From Camelus dromedarius (lineage: Eukaryota), in NCBI RefSeq assembly GCF_036321535.1, contig NC_087437.1, positions 99,016,001 to 99,080,000 of the forward strand: DNA of 64,000 nucleotides, read 5' to 3'. Below the pieces are notes generated by a model. It was not told the origin of the DNA. It searched no databases and saw only the letters and a program-made list of their open reading frames with translations. Below are positions 53,083 through 64,000 of this stretch, piece after piece. Each line of letters starts with the position of its first letter. Position 1 is the first letter of the stretch. Both the position numbers and the translations under genes were made by a program.

Positions 53083-54157
53083 AAAAAGAACATTTCTTTT
53101 AAAAGAGATAGTGCCAGCCTTGGCCATTAGTTTTGTTTTATCGTTTAATTAAACGTTTGCTGCATATGTACTTCAGAAAAGTTAGAAAAATCACTAAAAT
53201 TTACATATATTTTAAATTAAAATAAAACCACTTTAATTGTTTTTATCAACATTTTCTATTATTTTATGTGGAAACTAAAGTTCATCTTTGCTTAAGAAAA
53301 CATTTATGATAATGTTTGAAACTATTTAAGCTTCCTTCAAGCACATTAAGTACTTTTGAAATTTGTTTGTAGGTAAATAGTGAATATGCTAGTTATAAAT
53401 CTATTTAGTACAGTAAAATCCTTGTGAAGTCTAAACAGTGTTTTGAATAAACCATATTAGTGTCTTTGAGTGGACTTTCGGGATTTCATACTGGCTTCCA
53501 CTTCATTAGTGTGGATTAGTGAAATTCACAGAATTTGTTAATGAAAAAAAGAAAACCTGATTGAGTTGTTAAAAATGGATATTAATTTCAAGCAGCTTTT
53601 TCAAAAACAAGAATTCACTGGACACTCATGATGTAAATATATAGTACTTGGTCTCACAGGCTGTGACCAAGTGAGTTAAGCACAACAGAGTGTGGATATT
53701 AAGGGTATAAAACAATTGATTACTAGAAAGGATAGAAAAGTAAACTCTCATAAGAAAGAAAACCTGTGAACTCTCCTGGATTCAGAGGAGGTCATATCTT
53801 ATTTTGATGAAGAGATCAAGGAAGACTTTATGGAGTTACTAGACTTAAAAAATAAATAAAACCACCTACAAAGACAGTAGTAGGATATACAACTTCAATG
53901 TTTATTATTTTTAAGAACTTGGAGTCCAAGAAGCTTGTGGAAAAAATAAAAACTTAGTGTTTGAGTAGTAACGGAAAAGCTGGAGGTCTTGTATTGTTAC
54001 TTGATTAATGCATTTGCTTCTAAAGTTCAGTTTTAGGTAGTTTCATTTTATACTAAACAAATGAAGGTATTTTTAAGACTTAAGAGTCTGTGCACTTAAA
54101 CTGGGGGCTTCCGTTGTTCTGTTTTCTAATGTTTATACTAATGATTTTCTTCTGCAG

Positions 54158-54271
54158 AAACCTGAGAATACCACAAGCCAACCACCTTCTAACCAGCAAG
54201 TTGTAGAGGTGGCGATTCCTCATGTAGGGAAATTTATGATTGAGTCAAAGGAGGGGGGTTATGATGACGAG
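54158..54271 (+). CDS. USP25: USP25 alternative exon 19a (114 nt, muscle isoform USP25m): KPENTTSQPPSNQQVVEVAIPHVGKFMIESKEGGYDDE
   Basis: Branch-like TACTAAT 54136-54142; ttttcttctgcag|AAA ... GAG|gtacct; phase 0-0, 38 codons, no stop; matches the recalled 38-aa human insert. Confidence 0.92.
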
Positions 54272-55460
54272 GTACCTTTATTATAGCCCTTTGCACAATT
54301 TCCACTTGTTTTTGGCTATTTAATGCAAGTACTTTGGGCATGCCTGCACCCTCACACTTATGTCTATTGCTGCATAACGTACAGCTTTGCCACCCACAGT
54401 CTGAAATTACCTTACCAGTTGCTAACAGTACTTTGAATTTCAAATGAAAATTTAAGTACAAAGCTTATAGATTTGTCAGAAGAATAATTTTATGTTGCTA
54501 GAGTTAATTCTTTTGTGCAGACATAGGATTAGTTTATTCCCGGGTTGATAGATTACAAGATTTGTTTTAATTAAATAGCACAAGTCTTGAGCACTTAAAA
54601 GTTTTTATTTTCCTTTCCTGTTTTACTTGAATTACTTGATTCTAATTCTTGGTCAACCATTTCTACCAGAAGAACCTACAGCCTGATTGTGAATAGCTAA
54701 TTAGGGCTTTTTGCTTCTGCAACTTCTGAGTGACTGAATTGAATGATTCATCAGCATTGCTGAATGCCTACCAGTGTTTGCACACTGAATACCTCCATCT
54801 TATCTCTTCTTACCACTCCACTGTTAATTCTCGTCTACTTGATTTTCTGTCCGTATGGGGGCATTTTTACTTCTCATGAAAGGTTTCTTTGGAACCCAGA
54901 TGGAAATAGCTAGTCCCATTATATTTTTACCCCCTTTTCACTTTTTTCTTAACACTCTTAGATCTTTGACATATTTGAGGGAGGGCCAGTAAACATGTTA
55001 ATAAATAGTAACAACAGAGAAGATAGACTTTGGATTCTATCATTTGTTAGTTTTTGCTGGCATGGATGAGAATTGAATGCATATTAAATTGTTTTTTTCC
55101 AAGTAACATTTTTTCAGACTTAACCTCAAGGTTATAATTAGGTTATTGTATGAGTTATTCACCAAAATCAGATGTCATAAAGATATTACTATTACTGTGC
55201 CGCTATAAGAAAGCATGGGCCATAAAGAGAATAAGAAACAGGTTTCTGATTTAGGAACTGGTCAGAAGGATTTTCTGAAGCAGAAAATGTTAGGTATATT
55301 GCAACTGTCAGTGTGTAATCCAAAATAAATACTGTGGATAGTAGATTCAGTAAATCCGAGGTAATGGATGCAATCTCTTGATTGCTCTAATGTGATAGCT
55401 TCATAGTGTCTTGAGTTATTTCATTTTGCAGATATTTTAAAATGTAAGCATCTAAGCATA

Positions 55461-55588
55461 CAGTCGTCCCTTGGTATCCACAGGGGGTTGGTTCTAGTAC
55501 CCCCCAACCTGCTCCTCCCTGCAGATATCAAAATCCTTCGTGTTCAAGTCCCTTATGTAAAATGTCATATTACATAATAAACTTACGC
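55461..55588 (+). mobile_element. MER2 (TcMar-Tigger) terminal fragment
   Basis: ta|cagtcgtcccttggtatccacagggggttggttctagtacccc...gatatcaaaatcc...tcaagtcccttatgtaaaatg matches the recalled MER2 start after a TA target. Confidence 0.8.
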
Positions 55589-55924
55589 AAACAAAGAAAT
55601 ATTGAACTATTTAGTACTTAATAGCAGTACATTTTTCTGTTTATCTGTTACCAGGTTGACACTTCAAAATTATGGAAACAGGCATCTTTTTAATAGAAAT
55701 GTTTTAATAAAAAATGCTCATTGATCAAGCATATTGATGCTTGTTTTAGGATGACCCTTCTTGAATTTAAAAAAGTAGAATTGTAATTAATCATTTAACA
55801 CTATCTTTTGTGCAAGTGCTTATGCTATTGGCAGAGTTGTGTTTTGTGTTTTTTTTAAAATTCCTTGGAGTGGTAGTTTAACAGTGCATGTGCCTTGTAA
55901 CTTTTAAAATAAGTCATATGGATG

Positions 55925-56211
55925 CAGGGCTGCTGCTTAGATGTTTAGACCATATGGTTGTGCAGGCAGGAGTGCCTGGCCCACGGGTAGAAGTGGAGTT
56001 GAAATTGAGCTAATACTGAGCTCCCCAAGCCTTAAAGAAGAGGCACCTTCAATAAAAAGATTGTTGCTTTCTCTAAATGTTTCTCTGAGAGAGCAGCATA
56101 TTTTCTAATTTGTTTGTCAAGAAAGGGGTGCCTTGTTAAAATTCTTTAATTCAGAGAGGATGCCTTTTTGCAGTTTGCACAAAGGCACCATGTAAGCTAG
56201 CTGTGGCCCTG
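55925..56211. mobile_element. MER91-like hAT-Tip100 element with intact TIRs and perfect 8-bp TSD
   Basis: TIRs cagggctgctgc / gctgtggccctg; TSD tatggatg at 55917-55924 and 56212-56219; internal tttgcacaaaggcacc. Confidence 0.8.
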
Positions 56212-56402
56212 TATGGATGATTTTGAGAGATGTGTGCATATTGGATCACATTTGCTACAAAAAAATTGCAGTGTTTGATTTATAAACAGTGAAAAACAAA
56301 GGACTTTTAACTTGCATGTAAAGGAGTTACTTTGTTTTTTTTTTTAATATTGTTTTTTATGATAACCATTCAAAAGTTCGTTCTTTAAATCCCTTGTGGC
56401 AG

Positions 56403-56498
56403 ATGATGATGACACCGAACATGCAAGGTATTATCATGGCGATAGGTAAATCCAGGAATGTATATGACAGGTGTGGCCCTGAAGCAGGGTTCTTTAAG
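56403..56498 (+). CDS. USP25: USP25 alternative exon 19b (96 nt): MMMTPNMQGIIMAIGKSRNVYDRCGPEAGFFK
   Basis: cccttgtggcag|ATG ... AAG|gtacaa; phase 0-0, 32 codons, no stop; matches the recalled 32-aa human insert. Confidence 0.92.
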
Positions 56499-57398
56499 GT
56501 ACAATTAACATTTTCATTTTAATTTGTTCTTGAAATGTTTTATTTCCTTGAATTAAATTTGGTTTCCTGTATATTTTCTCTTTTCCTATCTTAGCCATGG
56601 CCACCTAATATTCTAGGAGTTTCTTTTATGCATGAATCTAAGACTGATTTTCTTTTTTTTAATTCAGATAATTCAATAAAAATGAAGCATTTTACCTGAG
56701 TTATCCTACTACTACACCTCTGATTTAACAAATTTGAATTATGTTTTTATTTGAAGTGAATAAAGGGTATTGATGAGCAAAAATAGAAACTGAGTAACTG
56801 CTTCTGGTAATAGTTTATTTTCTCCTCGTTGGTAATACTGTTAGTCAACATTACAATATTTTTTCTGTAAGTTTTTTTTCTAATCATTAAATACCAGATT
56901 ACTTTCTTCATTTGGTTGTTTCTAAAATGATTTGTTAGGTTTCTTGCTTGTTTGATTTTCCTATGATTAAATTTAACATCCTAGTCATTTCAAGACATGA
57001 GACCATCAGACTAATGCGTTAGTCTAGATCTTTTTTCCCTGTGACACCAGATCTCAACAATGTTTTGATGACACTATTTGTTTTTACATATTTGAAAGAT
57101 GAAAACACTATGTATGTTTTGTCATTTTCTTTATTAACCAAAAAATATTCATTGTTTTTATCCCTCCCTTTAGTGTTTGTTTAAAAAAAAAAAAAAGCCT
57201 TATTGAAGGGTAAGCTGCATGTTCCCTTTCTTGACATTAAAAATCTAAAATTTTCCCTAAATTTCTGTGCTCTACCGTAATTCAATTCAATCTTTAAGAA
57301 GCTGCTTATTTTTAGTGTTTCTTTTAATGTATAACACAAAACAAAGGACTTGTGAAAAGCAACCTCATGTCAATAAACGCTTTTGAACTGGTTAGAAT

Positions 57399-57516
57399 TA
57401 GAGTGACCAGCCATCCTGATGTGCTCGGAACTGAAGGATTTCCTGGGATAAAGGACGTTAAGTGCTAAATTTTAGAAGTTCTGGCAAACTGCCCCCAAGA
57501 TAAGTTGTTTACCCTA
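57399..57516. mobile_element. MER81 hAT-Blackjack MITE
   Basis: tagagtgaccagccatcctg...ggaactgaaggatttcctggga...agtgctaaa...ggcaaactg...acccta. Confidence 0.7.
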
Positions 57517-60500
57517 GTAAGATCCTATGAGAGAGGTAGAAGAAGGTAATACAAAAAACAGCTTTTATGTTTAAAAATTTATCTTTATTCCCAGGTAATC
57601 TGCATTTCCTTTAAAAAAACACTGAATGTATGTTTTCTAAAGTTTTCATTTATTTCTTGTGGAACAGTTATCTCTCATACCACTGTAATTTTTTGTCAAA
57701 TTTGGTATCTTTATGTTGAACTAGAAACGTTAGTTTTATTACATTAATACCAGCATATATTTTAAAGAGCCAGCTAACTATATATATACTACAAACAACA
57801 GTAGTCACATCATATCCCCTGCCCTCCACCCCTCCTGCCATTTGTGGGAACAGCCTTCAATTATTTAATCAAATCCTTTTGGCATTAATTCCATATGTTT
57901 AAGTAGAACGCTTGTGTTTTAGTGATTCTTAGTTTATACATTTCCTGTTAAATTCTCTACCGTGGAATGTAAACAGTGAGCCGTCTTTCTTCTCCTGCCC
58001 CATATACATGCACTGACACACAGTTTTTAATCCCTCCATCTGCACACATGTGTGTCCATATGCGCATTTTTTTTAAAAAAAAAAACTTGTCATTTGATTA
58101 AATCAGAATTCTCAGCTTATATTGCTATTTCTATGTATGCTACTCAGGATTGAACTAAGTCATAAACATTACTACTTTTTTTCCTCAACTTTCATTTTCC
58201 TTGGAATTACCTGGGTTGTTTTGGTTTTTTGTTTTTTAGGGGTGTTTTTTTTTTGTTTGTTTGTTTGTGTAGTTTTTTGCTCCGTTCTTTGTCAGTTTTA
58301 TCTTCTTGTGGAAGTCTTTAAGGAGCTTTTTGACCTGCTCCAGTCTATATTGGTTTTCCTTTATTCCTGGTTTACAACTAATGTCTTGAGATCTTTCACT
58401 GTCACCTTGGGAATGCCCTTTTCATCATGTGCTTTATGTATTTTCTATATCTCATTTATTTTTCTTTTTGATTTACCGTCTGATTTTGATGCAACTGAAA
58501 ATCTCTGAAGTTTATATTTGTGTACATTTTCATTCAGCTGTAATTGAGGAATATATATGTGTGTAATCTTACGTGAATATTATCAGTTTATAATTAATAT
58601 GTATTTTTAACATAGGTAAATGACTGGCATTTGGAAAGTTCTAGTAATATATGATTTCAGGAAATTTGTCATGTAAATAACAAAAGTAATATACAGAATG
58701 CGACCATTCAGTAATACAGAGGTGTCTTAAATAAAACTAATAATGACAGTCTCTGCTGGTGCCCTCTTGTAACCACGTCTAACATTCATATAACCTGTCG
58801 GGTTTTTACAGACATGCATATAGAGAATATAATTTTTTTTAACTTTTACTGTTCATACTATTTTGTAACTTACATCGCTCAGAAATATATTGTGGGCGTT
58901 CTTAAAGACACTATATCCACCACGTTATCTATACTACTTGCACTTAGTATTCTGTGGTATAGATGTACTCTCATTTATTATATGTTACCTTCTATGTGGA
59001 GAGTTATCCTATATTTTTTCCTTGTCTGCCATTTCTATTTAAATTAGTTTATGATACCTTTTTCTATAGAGAAGTTTTAAAAATACTGTACTTTCAAATC
59101 TTTCTCTCTTTTTCTGGATTCTGGAGTTTCATTGCTTTATAAAAAGTTTCCTTCAACCTAAAGTATTACAAATTTTCTGCAATATTTTCTTAAAACACTT
59201 TTCTTAATAAATGTTTATTTTATAAACTCAGATGTACCCTATTTACATTTAACTCACCAGCAATTTGTTTGGGCTTTCTGTAGCCTATATTAATTTTTAA
59301 AAAATGTTGCTTTTTTAATTTGGGGGCTGTCTTCCTCAGGTTTGATGTTTCGCTTATTTGAACTTCCCTGTTCTTCTTTTTCTGTGGTGTAGCCTGCATA
59401 GGAATTGACTACCATAAGAGTAAGTTAGAACTCACTCGTAAAACCCTATGAGCCTAGCCCCTTTGTTGGTTGTAGATCTTTTGACAGACTTTTGGTTCCT
59501 TCTACAGCAGTTTGACCTGTTTGATTGTTCTCTTGGTTTTTGTTTGTTTGTTTGGCAGTTGATTCTAATCATTATCAACATTCACTATTAAATTACAAAA
59601 TACATACATAGCACAGAGTCTAAGATGATTATTGTTTCTGCCTTCCTTTGTTCCCTAAATCAGATATAGTATATTTTAAAATTTTCATTCATTTTAATGC
59701 TTAATTTATTATAAATTGAGGGAAAGATTTTTTAAAATATTTCTTTTATCCTGTCATATTCTCCAAAAAAATCTTTGTTGGGTTTATTTTATATTAGCTT
59801 TTTGACTATAAGAAGTTTTTCACTTCTGTGCCTATTTAAGTACTTCCAAGTATGGATCTCCATGTGCATTATGATCAGACCAGTTTTTAAAATGTTATAC
59901 GTGTTTGCCAGTAGTAAAACAATGTGATGAAAATGTTAACTTTATTACTGATAAGAAGGTAAGTTGGGAAATGAAACTTAGCATCTAGCTGGGTGAGTGG
60001 ATTTGCTAAGGTTTAGCTTCTGAAGTAGGAAGTGTTACTAACCCAGTCAGTTGCAGTTACTGTTTTAATCACAGGGCTCCCACCTGGGAGTCTGCCTTGT
60101 AAACACAGAATATTAGAGAGTTAATAGGCAGGCAGATCTGGAAAAATAAACGAGGAAAGACACTTACCTGCGTCCTCCTCCTAAGCTGGCTTTATTTGTT
60201 AGGACTGGTTTTCACTGTTAACAGAAAATCCCAGAATTATAGTGGCTTAAAGAGAGAAATTTCTGTCATGTAAAAACAAAATCTAGAGAAAGGCAATGCA
60301 AGGCTACTATAATGAGCAAAAATAAAATCCAAAAGGAAAAAAAAAATAATATTCTCAGAGTAGTAGTTTCTTGTATGTGTATGTACAGGAGTGGGTGTGG
60401 GAGGGTCATATCGTACTTATAATCATGGGATTAGTGTAACTTTTTTCGTTTACTTTGGAAGACATTAAAATGTCTTTTTTGTACATTTTTTGACTTTACC

Positions 60501-60679
60501 TATTAAAGTGCCCTTAGGATTTTAATGAAGTATTAATACTTCTGTATTATGAAACTTTTTTCCCTTACTGGTTGTTTCATTGCTTCATTAACAGTTGTTC
60601 CCAGTTGAGATAACTTTATTAGTCTTTCTTTTACTTTTAAAATGCCTATTATTACTCCCCTGTTTATTCAGTAGATATA

Positions 60680-61085
60680 AAAATATCTTTATTAAAATAT
60701 AAAACATGCTGAAAAGTACACAGTTTGTGGGTTTACAGCTCAGTGAATTATCGCAGAGTACACATATCCATGTAACTACCAACCAGGCCAAGAAATAGAA
60801 CATTACAGTATTCCAGAAATTACCTTTGTTACTCCTTCGTATCATTACACTCTCTTCCTGTTCCAAAGTAGATGTTGTCTGGACTTCTAACAACATAAGT
60901 TTTCTCGTTGAACTTTACATATTTGGAATCTTTTACTATAGATCCTTTTTTTGTCTAGCTACTTTTACTGAAGAACATGTTTGGGGCTTCATATATATTA
61001 TTGGATAAAGTTGTAATTTGTTCATTCTCATTGTGGTATTCCATTGCATGACTACACTATTATTCTTTTTCTTTCTGTTGATGAG
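60680..61085 (-). mobile_element. L1MB/MC/MD-type 3' UTR fragment
   Basis: tacagctcagtgaattatcgcagagtacacatatccatgtaactaccaaccaggccaagaaatagaacatt. Confidence 0.75.
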
Positions 61086-61789
61086 CATATTCAAAAGGTA
61101 TTTATTACCTGCTTATATCAAGGTACTGTCCTAAATCCAATGAATGTAGCTGGGGAAAAGATGGACTGAGTTCCTGACTTAATGAAGCTAATTTTCTAGG
61201 GGGAAGCAAACACTTATTAGATTTATAATCAGTATGATAAAGGGGACAGTTTGACATGATAGGAGAACATATAATGGAAAAACAAGTCTAGAGGGCTTCT
61301 TAGAGAAAGTGATATTTAAACAAATAAAATATACATATACCAAAACATGAAATGTAAACATTTCTCTCTTTTTAATTCTCATTCCACATTTAGCTTCCAT
61401 TTATTCTTTCTTATATGTTCCCCTAGATAGACAGATGAGGCTGACATTCAGTACTCATTTGTACATTTATAATTTAAATAAAAATAGAAGTATGTGCTTT
61501 ATACTTTTAGTTCTTTTTCATGTACTCTGGTGGATTATTCATGTCATGATTTGTACACTTATTTTTCATAGCTGTGTTTTGTTTTGAGAATATCAAAATT
61601 TATTTAAACATTCTTTTAGAGAAGAGCATCCCAATTTTTTCCATGTTATGACAAAACTGGGAAATAATGTATGTACAGCAGGGACAGATCTAGGAGTGTC
61701 TGGCCACCATAAAGGCTGATGGGTTTAACATCTCAGAATGTTTACAACTTATTCATGATCTAGATTAAGAAATTGTGTCTGAAGTGAGC

Positions 61790-62000
61790 TGTTAAAAGCA
61801 AAGGCTCTATGGTCAGATGCCTAGATTTAAATCCTAGCTTTATCACTTAATAATGGTATGACCTTAGGCAATTTCTGAAATTATCAGGTCCAATTTTTTT
61901 TTTATTTAAATGAGAAGTTATCTTGAGAATTAAATGAGATAACCTATGTAGAATCTTTGGATAATGTCACATAAAGAACCCTCAAAATTTTAACTTACCA
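61790..62000 (+). mobile_element. MIR SINE
   Basis: ggtcagatgcctagatttaaatcctagctttatcactt...gaccttaggcaa...gagaattaaatgagataa. Confidence 0.75.
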
Positions 62001-62029
62001 GGTTTATCGTTACCATTACCATTTTTGTT

Positions 62030-64000
62030 TCTGGGTATTTGGATTATTTCCAGTATTTTTGTGAACATTCTTGTACATATATTATTGAAGACTCAAGTGA
62101 ACATAGTAAAGTAGAATTGCCAAGTCAAAATGCTTGTAAATTTTAATTCACTTATTTAATTTAAGTAAGTAAATATATATTTGATTTATAAAATAAATTA
62201 ATTAAAATTTAATACTGTTAAATTGGCTTCAGATAGTTACTATGTACTTTCATTGATGGTTATCTGACAAAATGACATAAAAAGGGTAATCCCATTATTT
62301 TATGTATCTTTGATCTTTAGTGAGGCTGAGTATCTCTATAAATTTTTTGTCAGTTGGTATTTCTTTAACTCTATCCATCTTTGCACATTTTTTATATTGG
62401 GTTTTTTTATTAGGTTGAACATTTGATCTGCTAAGAAATTTGATTCATCTATAATTTGCAGATTGTATTTTGTGGTTTGTCATTTATCTTCAAATTTGCT
62501 TTTGGTATCTTAACTATACAGAATTTTTTTAATCTTATAAAATACAACAGTTTTTTAATAGATTGGAGGTTATGTGATCACATCGAAAATTATGCAATTT
62601 TTTAATTCTAGTAGTTTCATGATTTTAATTTTTAATTCCTAGATAATAGGATTTCAGTTTTCTCCAAATAGAGAAATATCCAAATAGTCCAAACATAGCA
62701 TTTTGACTGATGGATTCTCTGCATCCTGACTTAAAATACTGTCTTTATCGGATATTAAATCCTATTTATAAGTGAGTCTCTTTGGGTCTCTCTATTCTAC
62801 TGATTATTTTTCTATTTAAACACTACACCTATTTACATTATAGTACATTTGTAATATACTTTGACTTTTTTAGGAAAAACACTTTATTTTTCTTCTTTTG
62901 TAAATGGAAAATTTGGCAAATCTCATTTTTTCTTTTTTGATAATTTTTAGAACCAGTTACCACCTGCCTCTCCAAATCCTTTCAGAATTTGATTGTACTT
63001 CCATTATATTATATATTAAGTTATGGTGAGGTGGCTAATTAAATTTTCAGTATTTTGAGTCCTCCCAGAAAGAAACATGATATACCTCTTCACTTTTTTG
63101 GTCCTCTGTTAATGTCCTTTAATAAGGCTGTAGTTTTACTTCATAATGCTCCCAACATCATGTGTAATTTAATCTTAGATGTATAAAAATTATTTGTTTC
63201 TCTGAATTGAGTCATTTATCCTCTTTTAATATTAAATTAATGGGAGAACTAATTTTATTTATTTACATTGTATCCATTTACCTTATTGAATCCTTTATTT
63301 TTTCTAACAATTTTTTAGTTGATTATTTCAGTAAACTGCCTCCCAATAGTTATCTCATTATTGGGATAATTTCCATTATATTTATTTCTTATTTTATTTC
63401 TGGTTTTATTATGTTGACCAGACTTTTCAGAATACAGTTAAATATTAAAATAATGGTAATAAACTCTTATGTTTAGGTCCTGAGTTTAATGGGAATCTTT
63501 CTAGTGTTTTATTACTAATAGAACTTTTAGTATTGTTTTTTTTTATAGATCCTCCCTTATAAAAATTTAAAAACACTTTTTTTTAATTTACAGGTCAGAG
63601 TTTAACTTAAGCTGATCGGTGTTGGAATTTTGATTTTTTTTTTTTTTAAATGCATCTGTTTGAGACACTGAACAGGTTTCTTCTTAATCTTTAATCCTTG
63701 GGAAGTAAAGTTCTTATATTCATCTTTCTTGTTTTTTTTAATCATTGTAAACACTATCTGTTCCTGTATATTCTTTTTGTACACAAGATAGTTTATCAAA
63801 AATGGACTTGGGTCTTAGCATCTATGTTCATAAACAAAATTGATCTATAGTTTCTTGTTTTAATATTGGTCAATTTTTGATATTCAGATTATACTAGTCT
63901 TGTAAATTATTAAGGAGACTTTTTGCCTTTTTTAGACTCTGGAGCAGTTCAGATAGCATAGAAATCATCTGATCTTTGAAGATTTGACATAACAGCACGG
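62030..64000 (-). mobile_element. Old LINE-1 (L1M) ORF2 relic running off the window end
   Basis: gtgagtctctttgggtctctctattct, cttagcatctatgttcataaac, attatactagtcttgtaaa, ctggagcagttcagatagcatagaaatc. Confidence 0.7.

Larger units (their letters stand above)
4256..56498 (+). other. USP25: USP25 gene body (partial): ubiquitin carboxyl-terminal hydrolase 25, exons 5-18 plus cassette exons 19a/19b; the gene extends beyond both window ends
   Basis: 16 GT-AG exons with compatible phases; the 14 constitutive exons total 1942 nt without a stop. The translation matches recalled human USP25 from about residue 131 to 779 ([11 protein letters not shown] ... [13 protein letters not shown] ... KSPETVLQS). 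Confidence 0.97.

Noticed and set aside
58122..58508. 128-aa hydrophobic ORF resembling a membrane protein
   Set aside because: Phe/Leu/Val bias comes from T-rich low-complexity sequence; TTG start.
1..64000. A novel multi-gene, CRISPR-like or defence-type system
   Set aside because: The window is one intron-rich mammalian gene plus ordinary repeats; I found no repeat-spacer array, operon or long unexplained ORF.
56499..64000. Next constitutive USP25 exon (AIKLEYARLVKL...)
   Set aside because: Searched by eye and not found; presumed to lie beyond the window end.

Overview
AT-rich mammalian genomic DNA lying entirely inside one plus-strand gene, the deubiquitinase USP25. Fourteen constitutive coding exons (human-equivalent exons 5-18, 4256-49396) have GT-AG boundaries and splice into one uninterrupted 1942-nt frame. 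That frame covers the whole USP catalytic domain (Cys box, His box and catalytic Asn intact), the coiled-coil insertion and the autoinhibitory loop. The two known cassette exons follow: 19a (54158-54271, muscle isoform) and 19b (56403-56498). The 5' exons and the C-terminal exons lie outside the window. Introns are filled with L1, L2, MIR, MLT1 LTR and MER DNA-transposon relics plus microsatellites. Two tRNA-derived Vic-1-like SINEs point to a camelid genome. I see no evidence of a novel multi-gene system; almost all track ORFs are spurious or exon read-through. The most interesting unexplained signals are a near-perfect 64-72 bp non-TE direct repeat bracketing exon 8, a CpG-rich intronic island that reads as a 117-nt poison exon, a reconstituted 5' splice site at the exon 9/10 junction, RBFOX/QKI motif clusters around the cassette exons, and a four-layer nested transposon stack. 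Gene and repeat names come from my recall of reference sequences, not from a database search.
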